The notes under the pieces were generated by a model. That model searched no databases, was not told the DNA's origin, and saw nothing but the letters and a program-made list of their open reading frames with translations. From Isurus oxyrinchus (lineage: Eukaryota), in assembly GCA_026770705.1 (NCBI GenBank), contig JANJGN010000039.1:10602001-10666000 (forward strand): a stretch of DNA of 64,000 nt, in the 5' to 3' direction. The translations under genes were made by a program, and so were the position numbers. Positions within the stretch are counted from its first letter, which is position 1, and every line of letters starts with the position of its first letter. Shown one piece after another: positions 51,965-64,000 of the stretch.

Positions 51965-52745
51965 AAGGACAAAGAACAAAGAACAAAGAAAAGTACAGCA
52001 CAGCAACAGGCACTTCGGCCATCCAAGCCTGCACCAATCATATTGCCCGTCAACTAAAATATTTTGAACTTCCGGGGTCCGAATATCTCTATTCACATCC
52101 TATTCATGTATTTGTCAAGCTGCCTCTTTAACACTCCTATTGTACATGCTTCCACCACTTCCTCTGGCAGCAGATTCCAGACACTGAATACCCTCTGTGT
52201 AAAACAACTTGCCCCGCACATCTCAGTTGTAGTATTCTCCTCACACCTTAAATCTATGTCCCCTAGTAATTGACTCTTCCACCCCGGGAAAAAGCTTCTG
52301 ACTATCTACTCTGTCCAAGCCAGTCATAATTTTGTAAACTTATGTCAAGCCACCCCTCCATCTCCGTCGCTGTAGTGAGAGCAATCCTAGTTTGTCGACA
52401 TTCCCGTCATAGCTAGTAACCTCAAGACCAGGGAGAAGCCTGGTAGACCTCTCTGCACCCTGTCCAACGCCTCCATATACTTCTGGTAACGTGGTGACCA
52501 GAATTGCACGCGATATTCCAAGTGTGCCCTCACCAAGGTTCTATACAGCAGCAACGTGACTTGTGAGCTTTTATACTCAATACCCCTGCCATTGAAGGCA
52601 AGCATGCCATATGCCTTCCTGACTACCTTATCCAGTTGCGTTGTCACTTTCAGTGACCTGTAGACCTGTACACCCAGATCCCTCTGCCCGTGGATGCAAT
52701 TAAGGGTTCTGTCACTTACTCTATAAAAGGTATATTAGACCTTCC
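51965..52745 (-). mobile_element. 5'-truncated CR1-type LINE
   Basis: KVVRKAYGMLAF.GRGIEYKS..LLLYRTLVRAHLEY.VQFWSP; (AAAGAAC)n tail at ~51970. Confidence 0.9.
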
Positions 52746-53199
52746 AAAAGGACTTCAGCATAGCCGGCCTCCAGCACCTCATGTACTCCCCTTAAACTGT
52801 GCAAACCGAGACAGCTATAGCTTAACAAACTGGAATGATGTGTAATGTTCAATTAAAAATTGCTTTTGTGTCATTACATTTGATATTCTTGTACATTGGT
52901 ACTTGAAATTGAATAATTAAAGGCTGCATTTTTCCAAATGGAAGCAGGCTGGAGGCCTGGATGCTTGTTTAGAGACATGTTGGCTTTTTTTTCAAAGCAT
53001 CTCATCATTCAACAAAGTAACACAGGAAGTTGGATGGCAGCAGCAAGGGGATGGTTCAAGAGGAGACGCGCGGGTGAAACCAATTAATCAGGTGTAACGT
53101 TCAGAATTCAGGAAGCGATTGGGGACTAAGGTGGGTTAGTGACATTGATTTGTGGAGAGAAAGCAAGAAGGAACAAGATGGATAAGAGAGGAAAATATA

Positions 53200-53211
53200 A
53201 AGGGAGAGAGC

Positions 53212-53247
<36 letters not shown>

Positions 53248-53256
53248 GCGAGAGAG
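53200..53256. repeat. (GA)n microsatellite
   Basis: Directly visible. Confidence 0.9.
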
Positions 53257-53339
53257 GGTGAAGTGCAAAGGGAAGCAAAACGTAGAGCAGTCTCTGTGTG
53301 AACGGTAGATCAGGATGAACCTCTGAAAGTTCAAAAATC

Positions 53340-53985
53340 ATAGAAACTTATATCGCTTAAAACACGGGAGTGCATTCGGCCCAGCATGCCTGTGTCAGCC
53401 CTCTGCAACAACAGCACATGCTGTGCCATTATCAGTCTTTCCCCCTGTAGCCCTTCAACCATTTCCTCTTCAAACGATGATCCATTTGTCTTTTTGAACA
53501 TTGTCTTCTAGGTTGAATGTGCTTCCACGAGATTCTCTACTGACCATCCCAGTTCCTGAGCAATTGCTGTGTAATGAAGGCGTGCTTCATGTCAATTTTG
53601 CTTCTTGGCTCAATCACCTTAAATTGGTTCTCGATAGCTCCACAATAAGGTGTAATTTCTTCATTTGTACTCATTCCAGACCGATCATTTTTTGACAGCC
53701 TCTTGACCTCATGTTTGGCTTTTCTTCTCCAAGGAAAACTGTCCCAACTTCGCATTCAGTCCACATGAAAGATGTTCTCATCTTTGGACCTTTGCCGTGG
53801 AACTTTCTACAGCAGCCCTCGTGCTTTTGCATACTTCCTGCATACTTTTGGTCTGCAGTGGACATATACACTAGTTGTAGCCGAACAGCATTCTACCCAG
53901 ACCTATCAATGCTTCCTTGCTTTGGACGTTCCCTAAACCTCTCAAATATCAGCAACATGCAGGTCAATTATTATGGAATACAGTC
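53340..53985 (-). mobile_element. Old CR1-type LINE 3' fragment
   Basis: atcatagaa tail, cattcggcccagcatgcctgtg 3' UTR, degenerate RT DNA. Confidence 0.6.
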
Positions 53986-54879
53986 AGCAAGAGGAAGGAC
54001 AGGACAAATAACAAAACATTCTATTGATGGCACCCAAACCACCAGCAATAAAAACGACCCTCTGCAAAATCGGGGCACATAGCTGCTCGTCTCTACAATC
54101 AACAGGATGCACTACAGTGGTGGCTAAAAGCTTGATAGAACATTCCAAACGAGCAATCTTCACGACGTATAAGAACCAGGACGGCATGTACATTGAGAGA
54201 ACATATAAAACATGAGCTGGAGAAAGTCATTGTCCTTTCGAGCCTCCTCCACCAATCAAGTGATCTTCTATCTCAAATCGATCTTCCCGTACTGTGACCA
54301 TAATCCTAAATTCACTAAATACTCGAAAACACATCCATCTGCAAACGTATTAAATAAATTCAATGTGTTTGTAGAATACATGTCTCGCACTTCTCTCAAC
54401 TACAAATGAAATTCTGCATCTCGCTTCCGAAATTTCCAGGGACGGCAACATCACCAGTGAAAAAGAAGACACCGTGAAATAATGAGATTTGAAGACATGG
54501 TGCGGATATTCCTGGTCAGATGAGTTTCATCATTCCCGATGTGTGTTTATCACTGTCGAATTCGAAACCTGCTGTATTGGATGCTCATTTGCCATTAATT
54601 TTTAGAACGGATTAAATAGAACCAATATTCAATGATGGTGTCTCACAATGGCTTAGCAATATGTGCCTGCAAAATTCAATGAAGGACAATGTGTTTTTCA
54701 CTCATCTCCATTAATCGATAGGTTGTCAAAATAATTTGTATATATTTATAGGAAACTGTTTATTCAGAAGTTTTTCTCTCTCTCTCTGGACAAGAGCCAG
54801 ACAGGCTCACAGTTCAAAGTCACATCAGTTGTGTTATTGCAATTTATAGATTTCTCACGACACACGATGTTAATATGCA

Positions 54880-55565
54880 GGTACAGCAAGGCAAATAGAA
54901 TTCTGTATTTTGTTAATTGCAAAGGAAATTGATTATTGAAGTAGTGATGTCTTACTGCAGTTGTGTAGAACGTTGCCGATATCACATCTAAGGTACTGTG
55001 CACAGTTTTGGTCTCCAAATTTAAGAAAGGATATCAACTAATTAGAATCAGTTGATATAACATTCACTCTGCAGATACTTGCGATGCTGAGTTGGTGGAG
55101 GGTTTTGGTGGTTTGGGTGTTAACTTACTCGGAAAGTTTGACAACATTTGTTGATTGGAGTCTGGACATTGAGAGGTGCTTTGAAACAGGTTAGATCCTG
55201 AGTCGTCGTCCATAATTGATGCAAAGAGAAAGTTTCCCTTGTCGTGGAGTTTGGAGCAAAGGGGGAACAGTTTTCAAGTTGATGGTCTCCCGCTGAAAGG
55301 GAGGTGGAAGCGATTTTTTTCATTCATAGGGTTCAACGGCTTTGGAACTCTCTTCCCGCAAGTGCTGTGTAGGGAGGCTGATTGGATATCTATTCAGGCA
55401 GAGACAGATATTCTCTTGCGTCCCAAGGGTATCAAATGTTATTGGAGGTGGAGGGAATGTGGAATTGCGTCCACAATCATATGAACCATAATGTTATTGA
55501 ATGGCGGGGCTGGCTCGAGGAGCCGGATTCTCTACTTCTGCTCTAGATTCGTATTTATATGTTTC
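54880..55565 (+). mobile_element. Old CR1-type LINE 3' fragment
   Basis: gtactgtgcacagttttggtctcc...aaaggatatc; attgaatggcggggctggctcgagg 3' UTR. Confidence 0.65.
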
Positions 55566-58500
55566 CATTACCCTCAGCAGATTAATCTCCTTTTCAAAGA
55601 GAAAATCTCTTCCTCTTTCAATCCACCATTTCCTCCAGCATGACTTCAGTTTCCCCTCGTCCCTAAACCATGCCCTCCTGTTCCAACAGTGCATCTGCCT
55701 CAAGGTCTTGAAAGCAGTGATCATTGCCTTTCCAAATTTCGATCTATCACTGGCTCGACCTCCAGCTTCCACATCGAACTCCTTCCGGAAACTGAAGCTC
55801 CCAGCCGTGGCTCTCAGGCTGTTCCCGTTTTCTGAAGCCCACTGTTGATCCTTGTGACGCATAGGAACAAACGACCTTCACCTCCAACTGTCTTGTTCAA
55901 ACCTATACTGAGTGTGGAGCTAAGTCTCATTTTCATCCATATATTTGCTTTCACCTGAATGCATTTATTGAACACAGCGCCCTCACTTAGAACTTCCAGT
56001 GTATTGTGCGCAAACATTGTTCACTTTATGTTTGTGATTGTACGAGCAATTTTTGATAATGGGATTTAGATACATTTTTGTGACTGAATGTGTTGTCCAG
56101 GCCAATTATCAGTTTATGTGTTAAATGCTGCAAAGAACGGGAATTTTAGGACAGTTCAAGGCACACTGTTCCCTTGGCTCCAGGTCTGGTGAAACACTTC
56201 TATTTTTTTCCTGTTTATTCTCCCTTCCAGGTAACTTGGTGACATTTTTGTTCCTGTCACGAGGAACCTATTGCATCTCAAAGTGTATTAATGCTACCTG
56301 GAGAGAATGGCAGGGACCGAATTCTAGGCCGTTATTTCTGATCGCATATTAAAGAGTATTTGTCAGGAGAGATTTCCAGTTCTATGCGAGCACAATACTC
56401 GCATGTGGAAATTCATATTGTTTCTGTTCTTTTTTTCAATTATCACGAAATCCTCTTTCTGCCTTACAGTTGACATTACCTACTACCCTTTAGTGGATAT
56501 TTGTTGCATGAAGCAAATGTCTTGCATCCCATCATGTTCATAGCTCCAAAACTATATTCCTATCTATCAGTATTGCTTTTTAGCTATCTGTGTATGTATC
56601 TATCAACCTATCTATCAATCTGGCTCTTTCACTCACTCACTCTCTTTCTCGCTCACACTGTCTTGTTCTCTCTCTCTCTCATGTTACTTCTCTCTTCCTA
56701 TCACTCTATTCAAATGTCAATCTCTGTCCATTTATCTGTCTGTCTATCTGGCTATCAGTTTGTCTATCGAACTATCTTGATGATTCATTCTCCAGGCACT
56801 TCCACAGGTGAGCACTCAGAAAAACACAGCACGATATCATTTGTGAAGTTAGACCAAGTCTAAATTGCACAATCAATTGTCATGCTCTGTTTACAAAATC
56901 CGTTCAGGCGGGGTAAATTAACTTTGCCCGCCTTTCCTGGTCTTTAACGCACTTGAACCTGTTCTCCACAAATGTAGAAATCACTGAATGAATTTTAAAT
57001 TTGAGGTTGCCATAGGTTTGTTTAATGTTCACATTATATTTTAAAATACATTCTTTCATGAGGCGGGTATGTGTATAAATGGGCCAGAATATTCTGCTCT
57101 TTCCTAATTGCCTTTGAGAATGTAGCAGTGCCCCACCTTCCTGAAATTATGCATCTCATGTGATTGTTGTCAGTGGGCATTCCTTGTAATCCAGCTCCTT
57201 CAGGCTCATGGAGAATTCAAATGAATGAGAATTCTGGACCTATATGTTCATCCGCCGCGGGGCTCGCTTTTGGCCCATTTTGGGTTTCTTCTGCTCCTGT
57301 GCCTCTGCCCTACCAATTCTCTGTCGAGTCACTGAGCCGCAAACTGGTTTTAGCCTTGAAGGGCCAGGTGGTGCCAGGCCGAGAGATTGGCAGCATTCTG
57401 AACCTGCTCACTGGTGTTAATTCCTCCGTGCTTTAGGGCCACATTGAGCGTGCACTGATAACTTTATATTTGTCCGCCCTTTGGACCAGGACTGCTCAGT
57501 GGCAGATGCAGCTGCCGATAGGCACCCCTTTCCCGAAACATGTGTGCGGTGACTGCCACACATCTGCCGCCTTTATGCAGAATTTTGGCTGGTATCAAAG
57601 GTATCCAGTTATCACAGCCTTGCACCTGTCGACAATCCTCCATCCGCACAGTGCCTGTCACTTGTGTAGTTTAGCATCAAGAATCCAGTGCACCGGGTGT
57701 AGAATTCATGAGGTGCAGGTATGCCACAGGGCTGTTAGCAAGGGAGAATCAGGAGACCATGCATTGGGACCCAGCTTCCAATCCCTGGGTTTGGCTTTTG
57801 GATTGGAGACAACCTGTCGTGCAGCTTCTCGTGTTCCCCTATTGTGGCCTGTGGAATGTGGGCATCCTCCAAATGAGTCAAATCGGTGTTGCAAATCTCG
57901 CACTGAAATAGAATTGAGACAATAAAAAAACACTGCCTGACAGGCTTTCATCTTCCATCTGAGGGGAGCCCCATGTTTTTCTTCCAGAAGTCAGTCAGTG
58001 CAGCCTGCCCAATGCCGAACTCATTTTTGTCAGGTGATGTTTAATTTGCTCATTCAGTTAGTTCTTTTGGAGAGCATGCTGCCGAGTTAGCAAACTTCCT
58101 CACAGAACAGAGGGGTGTTTTGTTCAGAGCGGCTGTGTCTTCTTGGATCAAGTGACCAGCGGCAATTTGATACAGCTTCTCTAACTGCGGATATATTGTT
58201 AACAGAAAGTGTTCTGAGTCAGCACGCAGCTGGATATCTCCAGGTTCTGCCCTATGATAGCGCGGTGGACGCGAATAAGGCTTCACTCAGACGCTGTTCA
58301 GTCATCTATGTACAAGGTTTTACTCCTGGCTCATTGCAATCATTGCCGTTAGTCCTGCAATGAAAATGCAAACAATCTCAAGCTTTTGAGTGTAAGCTGG
58401 AGAATGGCCGGCAAGTATATGACAAGAAGAGCTGAAGCCATGGACAGACTCTTACTTGGTGCCGCAAGTCACATGAAAGGGGTCCACACTGATGAACCAG

Positions 58501-59948
58501 TTTGCATCACTTTGATTATCAGGTCATGGTGAAAAGAGCAAATGACACTGATGCTCTTTTTCATCTTTTCAGGGAGGCCTCATATTCCAGACAGATTTGG
58601 ATAGTTAATTACACATCATGTAACTGACCAACACCAACCCTCCAGGTCCTCTGGTTGTATTTATAATTTCCCAGTGGAAGGGTGCAAATTTCTGTGCAAC
58701 GCCATGGATTGTAGGTCTATTAACCGACGGAGGTGTCAGTGCCAGTGTAATCCACGGAATGATCTGGGCAGCGTATGTCTTCCCTCTGGGAGCTTGAATT
58801 TGAAAGACAAGGATCACACAGGTGCCTTGTTGGAACTTAGAATGTGACCCGAAACACAAAGCAGTGGGGAACATCTGAAATTTCCCCATTAGGTCTGGGG
58901 GATCAAGAACATTGAGTTGCTAAGGTTCATTTTGATCTAATTTAGATACGATTATTCCCGCAATAACGCCTTGTGGTTTAATCGTTTCCCGCCCTCACCA
59001 GCTCCGATAATATTTACCCATTGATCGCTATCATACAGCCCCTTCCATTAGTTTGACCACAGACATCAGTCCAATATTTGACGTTTCAATTTGAAATGGT
59101 TGTTTTCACAAGGAGAGCGACTGACGTAACCTGTTTGTTCAATGACTGAAACTGATTTCTTTCTTCAGGGAACATGAATGAGCTAATGGGGATTTATCTG
59201 TTGTATAAATAAGAGGTTCTCTGAACGGATCATTTCATGTTCTCCACAAGACTCAATGATTCTGCTTCAATTAGCGCTTCTCACAGCGAATAGCGTTTGT
59301 TTCACTTTTTCAGATACGGGACATTTACAAACCCATTCTCGAAGTTCTCGTTGTCTACTGCATGTTCATTTTCATACTCTCAGGATAGAAATACGAATTT
59401 CTCTTATTCTATCCATTCATTGAATGCGAGCGACGCTGGCGAGGCCAGCATTTATTGCCCATCCCTAATTGCGCTTGAAAGGATGGTAGTGAGATGCATT
59501 TTTGAGCTGCTGTAGTCTGTGTTATAAGGGGGAGGTCCAGTACTTTGACACAGAGACCGTGAAGGAACGGCGATATATTTCCAAATCAGGGTGGTGAGTG
59601 GTTTGGAGAGGAGCTACGAGATGGTGGCGTTCCCAAGTCTATGTTACCCTTGTCTTTCTAGGTGGTAGCTGACGTGGGTTTGGAAGTTTATGTACAGGGC
59701 TTCATGTCTGTAAAATGTAGCAGCTTTTCTCTCTTTCCTGTTACGAATGCTTTGGTGAGAGTTTTACCCTGATATTTTGGGGTTAATTAATGTGGTATCT
59801 CCTTCCGCGTCTCGACAATGATTCTACTTTGTTTATTTTATGTTTCTGATATTAATTCAAAGGAGACGGGGGTTTGTAAGTTCCAGCTCACATCGTTTCA
59901 TTCCCTCCTGTTTACCCATCTCAGGAGGAAAGACATCTTCTCATAAAG

Positions 59949-60018
59949 ATGGGAGAACTGATACTTCACAAGATAGAAGCCATTTACTACCCTATTCTCG
60001 CAGCTGTCGGTGTACCAG
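59949..60018 (+). CDS. GPCR copy 3, exon 1 (MGELILHKIEAIYYPILAAVGVP); exon 2 outside the window
   Basis: 70 nt, aaagATGG start, CAG|GTAAG donor. The ORF track shows only a different frame here. Confidence 0.88.
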
Positions 60019-62204
60019 GTAAGAGCCTAAACACAGTCAGTGGACGTATAAATGGATATTGACTTTCTTCTCAAACGGTGTTTCTGGTAACGTGAAATCG
60101 TTCCTTTTCTGTTGGAGAGTTATCAAAGTTGAGGTGTCACGTTACCTGATTTCTTACTGTTGCTTCATCTTTCACGCAGCTATCTACAGTGTTGACACCG
60201 TTTTTATTCTTTGGGGAATTTCTTGAATTTGGGTGGAATAATTGTCTTAACCAAGTGCAGACCATGTTTAATCTTGAATGTAATTCATGTGTATGAAAAT
60301 GAATGCAATGGCAAATTAGCATTCTGCGGAATTCAGCTTGATTCAATTGAAAGTGTTTGCTCACGGTTTTCCCCTGTTTTCAAACATCGCAAGCAACAGA
60401 ATCCCTGTCAAATCACGTACTTTTTAAATGCGATATTTTTACAGATCAGTGTTAAATGACGAAATCTGGAAGCCTGGCTGAATCACAATGCTGTGTGCGA
60501 TTAAGAAATTCCAAAGTCTTACTCACTTGTATATTGATAAACATGAATTTGAACAGCCTTTGTTCACTACCACAATGATGGAATTATTTAAAGTAAGCGT
60601 GACCATCAATTTGTGCTCGGGAAGCTTCCATAGACAACATGTTGACAATGACCGGATTTTTTATTTTGTGGTTTTTACCAGAGGTATAAATATCGTTCAG
60701 GACACAAGGGGCTACGGCAATTTTGCTCATCAAATAAGTGGAATTGAATCTTTTTGGTTTTCCTCGTGAATTGATTTGACATCTGTTCTCAAAGTCTCTA
60801 ATTGCGATAGAATTACTTCACTAAGAGATTGGAGCAGTAGCCGAGAACTTTGTTCTGAAGTCCTGGCGCCGGAAGTATATCGTTAAACATCTATCTCAGC
60901 ACGGAGATTTCAACTGACTCTTCAATAAGTGGTCCGATTTTAAAACACCTACGAACTTCGAGTTATCTGGTTCTCGTTATTCTGCTCCATTCAATTTCTC
61001 GCCCTCCTCTACCTGCTGATGCAAATCGAACTTCCAAATATAATTGATTTGTATTGAGTATTGAAGTGAATTGGTTTAAAACATTTTCGGACTCCCCTGT
61101 CTCTTTTTGAATCTCGCATTGCTAAGTGACATGCAGACTCTGACAAAACGACATAGAGGCAGAGGCAGTGGGAGCAGAAGTTAACAATTTGGCCGTTCGA
61201 GCTTGTTCCACTACACAAGTATATCATGGCTGTAATCATGCCTTCACGTCATTCCCTTGCACTATCTCTTAACTCTGGACGCATTTAACATTTAGAAAAT
61301 GGTTCATCGCGCTGCCTTCAACATTCCCAATGACTGAGGCTCTGCTGCTGTTGGGAGAGATAATTTCAAACATTCGCTGCTCTCTGAGTGAAGAAATTGC
61401 CCCTCATATCTGCCCTAAATGCACACCTGTTACTCTGATACTGTCTCTCATGATATTAGACACAGCCCCGGGGACACATCCCTCCAGCATCTGTAACATC
61501 GAACCCTGTAAGAACGGTGTACGATTCAGTGAGATCATTTCTAATTTGATAATGCTCCAGAAAGCGTGGGTCAGTCTGGTCAATGTCACCACATTGGAAA
61601 ATGGCGCCTAATTCCCAGTAGTCCAAGGACTTATCTGGTTAACATTCATTGTAGCACAGCTGCGATAACAGCGAAAAATCTCACGCCAAAAGGCGAAATT
61701 GGAATGCTTGTCCTGCACCACAACCATCGCCATAGTAATGCCACATGGAAATTCAGGAGTTGGAGATAGTTTGGGCTTCGAAGTACAAATAATGGTTTGC
61801 ACATCTCTGCTCCAGCTGATGGCAAAGTGCCCGGTGAATGCCCACTTTTGTGTTGCTGATCAGATTGAAAACTACCCGATATCGCACAATGGTAGTGTCA
61901 CACCATACGATGAAGGAACTTTCCAATGAGAAGGCCGGCGATGTCTGCACAAGGACCGTGCGGTGTTCAATTCTATCATCCTGTAATGGGCAGGTTAATA
62001 TGTTGCTTCACTTTTTTGTGAGGCGTGTTCATTTCGGTCTTTGCACCTTGTTGGTTCCCTGATCACCTTCCAAATTCCCAATCTTGCAGTTATAAGTCTG
62101 ACTCAGCCTGATTGGCCATTAGTGGTGCTACGGATCCTGTCTTGGTCATAGACAATGACGGCCCCTGCTTACAATAATTTTGTTTCTTGCCACTCACAAA
62201 AACT

Positions 62205-62517
62205 TCGTTTTATGCCCCACAAGAGTGCATAAGTTAAGGGTGAGGTGCAAGTGTTTTAGGAGGGATGGGAGGGCAGACATTTTTCCCCAGAGTTTGGTGA
62301 CTGTCTCTAATGCGCTGCCTGGCAGGGTGGTAGAGGCTGATTGCCTCACATCCCTTAAGAATTAACTGGATGAGCACTTGGCACGTCAATACATTCAAGC
62401 CTATGGATCAAGTTCTGGTAAATGTGATTAAGTAGTCAGGACAGGTGCTTCCCAAATACTGGTGCAGACTAGAAGGGCCGAAGGGCCTATTCTGCACTGT
62501 GATTCTGTGATTCTATG
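62205..62517 (+). mobile_element. CR1-type LINE 3' end specific to the copy 3 intron
   Basis: ALPGRVVEA remnant; gggccgaagggcct and (CTGTGATT)n tail; not seen at the equivalent copy 2 site (~45560). Confidence 0.8.
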
Positions 62518-62899
62518 CTTCGTCCATGGATATTCATTCATTCATCCTCTGGGGGAACGGGAGGTGGTCAACACAAGAGAATATTCAGTGCCCTTGTTCT
62601 AGTTAATGCCATGAGGTTGAAGAAAAGTTTCACGTGCTCTTGGTGCTCTGAAAAATGGTGCTCACTGAACGGAAGGAGTAGGAAAATGGTATTTAAGAAA
62701 GCAACAATGGAATTGGGCGAAGCCTAAACTCCCGTTTTATATAAAGTTCGTTTCCTCAGGTGTTGGCTGATGGTTTAGATGAACTTTAAAATCAGTAAGA
62801 ATAACAATTCGATAAAGATAAACAGCTTGAATCATTATAGCTAAGCACTGTTTGTCAATCAAGCAGCCTGCTTTGCCGTGGATTATTTCAATGTTGCTG

Positions 62900-64000
62900 A
62901 ATGTTATTGAAGCAGAACTCATCCAGAAATCTGTTGTTTATTCCAGTACATTCGTGAATTGCGCATTAAAGTTGGAGTGAAGGTTTTGCAGAATCAGGCT
63001 GGGATGTCCTCGCCACAGAATTCCCAGCTCCTGACCTGCGCTTCTAGTCACAGTTTCTCGTCAATAGTTTTTCCGTGGATGTTAAAAAGGGAGAATTAAA
63101 CGATGGTGATACCATTAAATATATAGAAGAAATTGTTGGACACTCTTTTTTCGTAGGTGGTCATTACCTGTCAGTTGTGTAGGGCTCAAATGACTTGTTA
63201 GTTTTCAGCAGAAGCCGAGATATTGCACAGGTCTTGGTGCACACGGGCAAGATTTCTTCAGCATCTGTTGAGTCGCGACTGGTTTTGAACTTTGAGCAAT
63301 CATCAGCGGACACTACCGCCAACCCACTCCCCCACCACAAAACTTCCTCTGGGTATATGTTGCAAGAAATTAATTGATGAAGCAGCTCAAGGTGGTTTGG
63401 TTCAGGACACTGCCCATAGTATCGCATGCAGTGCTTTCATCGGGATGAGATGATTCACCTGAGAAACAAAACAAAAAAAATATTCTTTGTGATAGGTATG
63501 ACAGCAATCAATGGAGAAGCTTCCCCATTATTTTTATTGACCCCAATCCTGATATATCTTTTGACACCACAGTATGTCAAATGTCGCCTTGAGGTAAATA
63601 ACAGCCGCTCTCCACTCACCTCGTGAATTCAGCACTTTTGACCATGTCTGGTTTAAGGCAAAACAGAGAGCTGGAGCTCGTACGAAGCAGAAGATGGTCG
63701 CTAGTGAGCAGGTTACTCACTAGTATGTGGCGATTGAAAGCAATCCCCATGACTGATTCCATCACCATGTTCATGATGAAGAGTAGGCAGATGAGGGGGT
63801 AATTCGATTGGTTGGATTTGACCAATTTTGTTTTTGTGTATAGTCCCAGCAGTGCGACTGTCACATTTTCGCGTAGATGCCAGTGTTTTAGCTGTCCTAT
63901 ACCAGGTTGTCTAGGAAGGTTGATTCGGGAGCACTGATCTCCCTTACAATTGCCGGTATCTGACAGGACCCATAGTCTCTGCATCATCCAGTTCCTTCAG
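62900..64000 (-). mobile_element. Degenerate HER1/CR1-type LINE RT segment
   Basis: KSNQSNYPLICLL..MNMVMESV..IAFNRHI (cf. KSNPANYRPISLLS...KVME). Confidence 0.8.

Larger units (their letters stand above)
56520..64000. repeat. Inverted, more diverged third copy of the GPCR unit (upstream region, exon 1, intron)
   Basis: Reverse-complement similarity to ~6080-12330 and to ~44000-50760. Confidence 0.88.

Noticed and set aside
1-64000. CRISPR arrays, operons, tRNA or rRNA genes
   Set aside because: No repeat-spacer array or recognisable structural RNA gene seen; the sequence is intron-containing vertebrate DNA.

Overview
Eukaryotic, AT-rich, repeat-dense DNA. The repeats (HER1/CR1-type LINE pieces, HE1-type SINE pieces, Penelope-type RT and terminal units) point to a cartilaginous fish, probably a shark. 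The window holds three paralogous units of a two-exon rhodopsin-class GPCR (GPR139/GPR142-like). Copy 1 is intact on the minus strand (exons 8200-8131 and 1262-358, 324 aa). Copy 2 is a pseudogene on the minus strand (47814-47745 and 38809-37906) with a frameshift, a nonsense codon and DRF>NRF. Copy 3 is inverted on the plus strand (exon 1 59949-60018; exon 2 is beyond the window). Between copies 1 and 2 lies a plus-strand gene the ORF track cannot assemble: six phase-compatible GT-AG exons (17818-24451) encoding a transmembrane helix with an embedded Glu, a basic stop-transfer stretch and a tail with two ITIMs plus a YSEV motif. No ectodomain exon is visible. There is also a duplicated ITIM exon that has lost its tyrosine, and a candidate internal promoter. 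Other content: Penelope-type units with hammerhead-like cores, a possible decayed minus-strand gene, microsatellites and two N gaps. Family names come from recall and motifs, not database searches; repeat boundaries are approximate.
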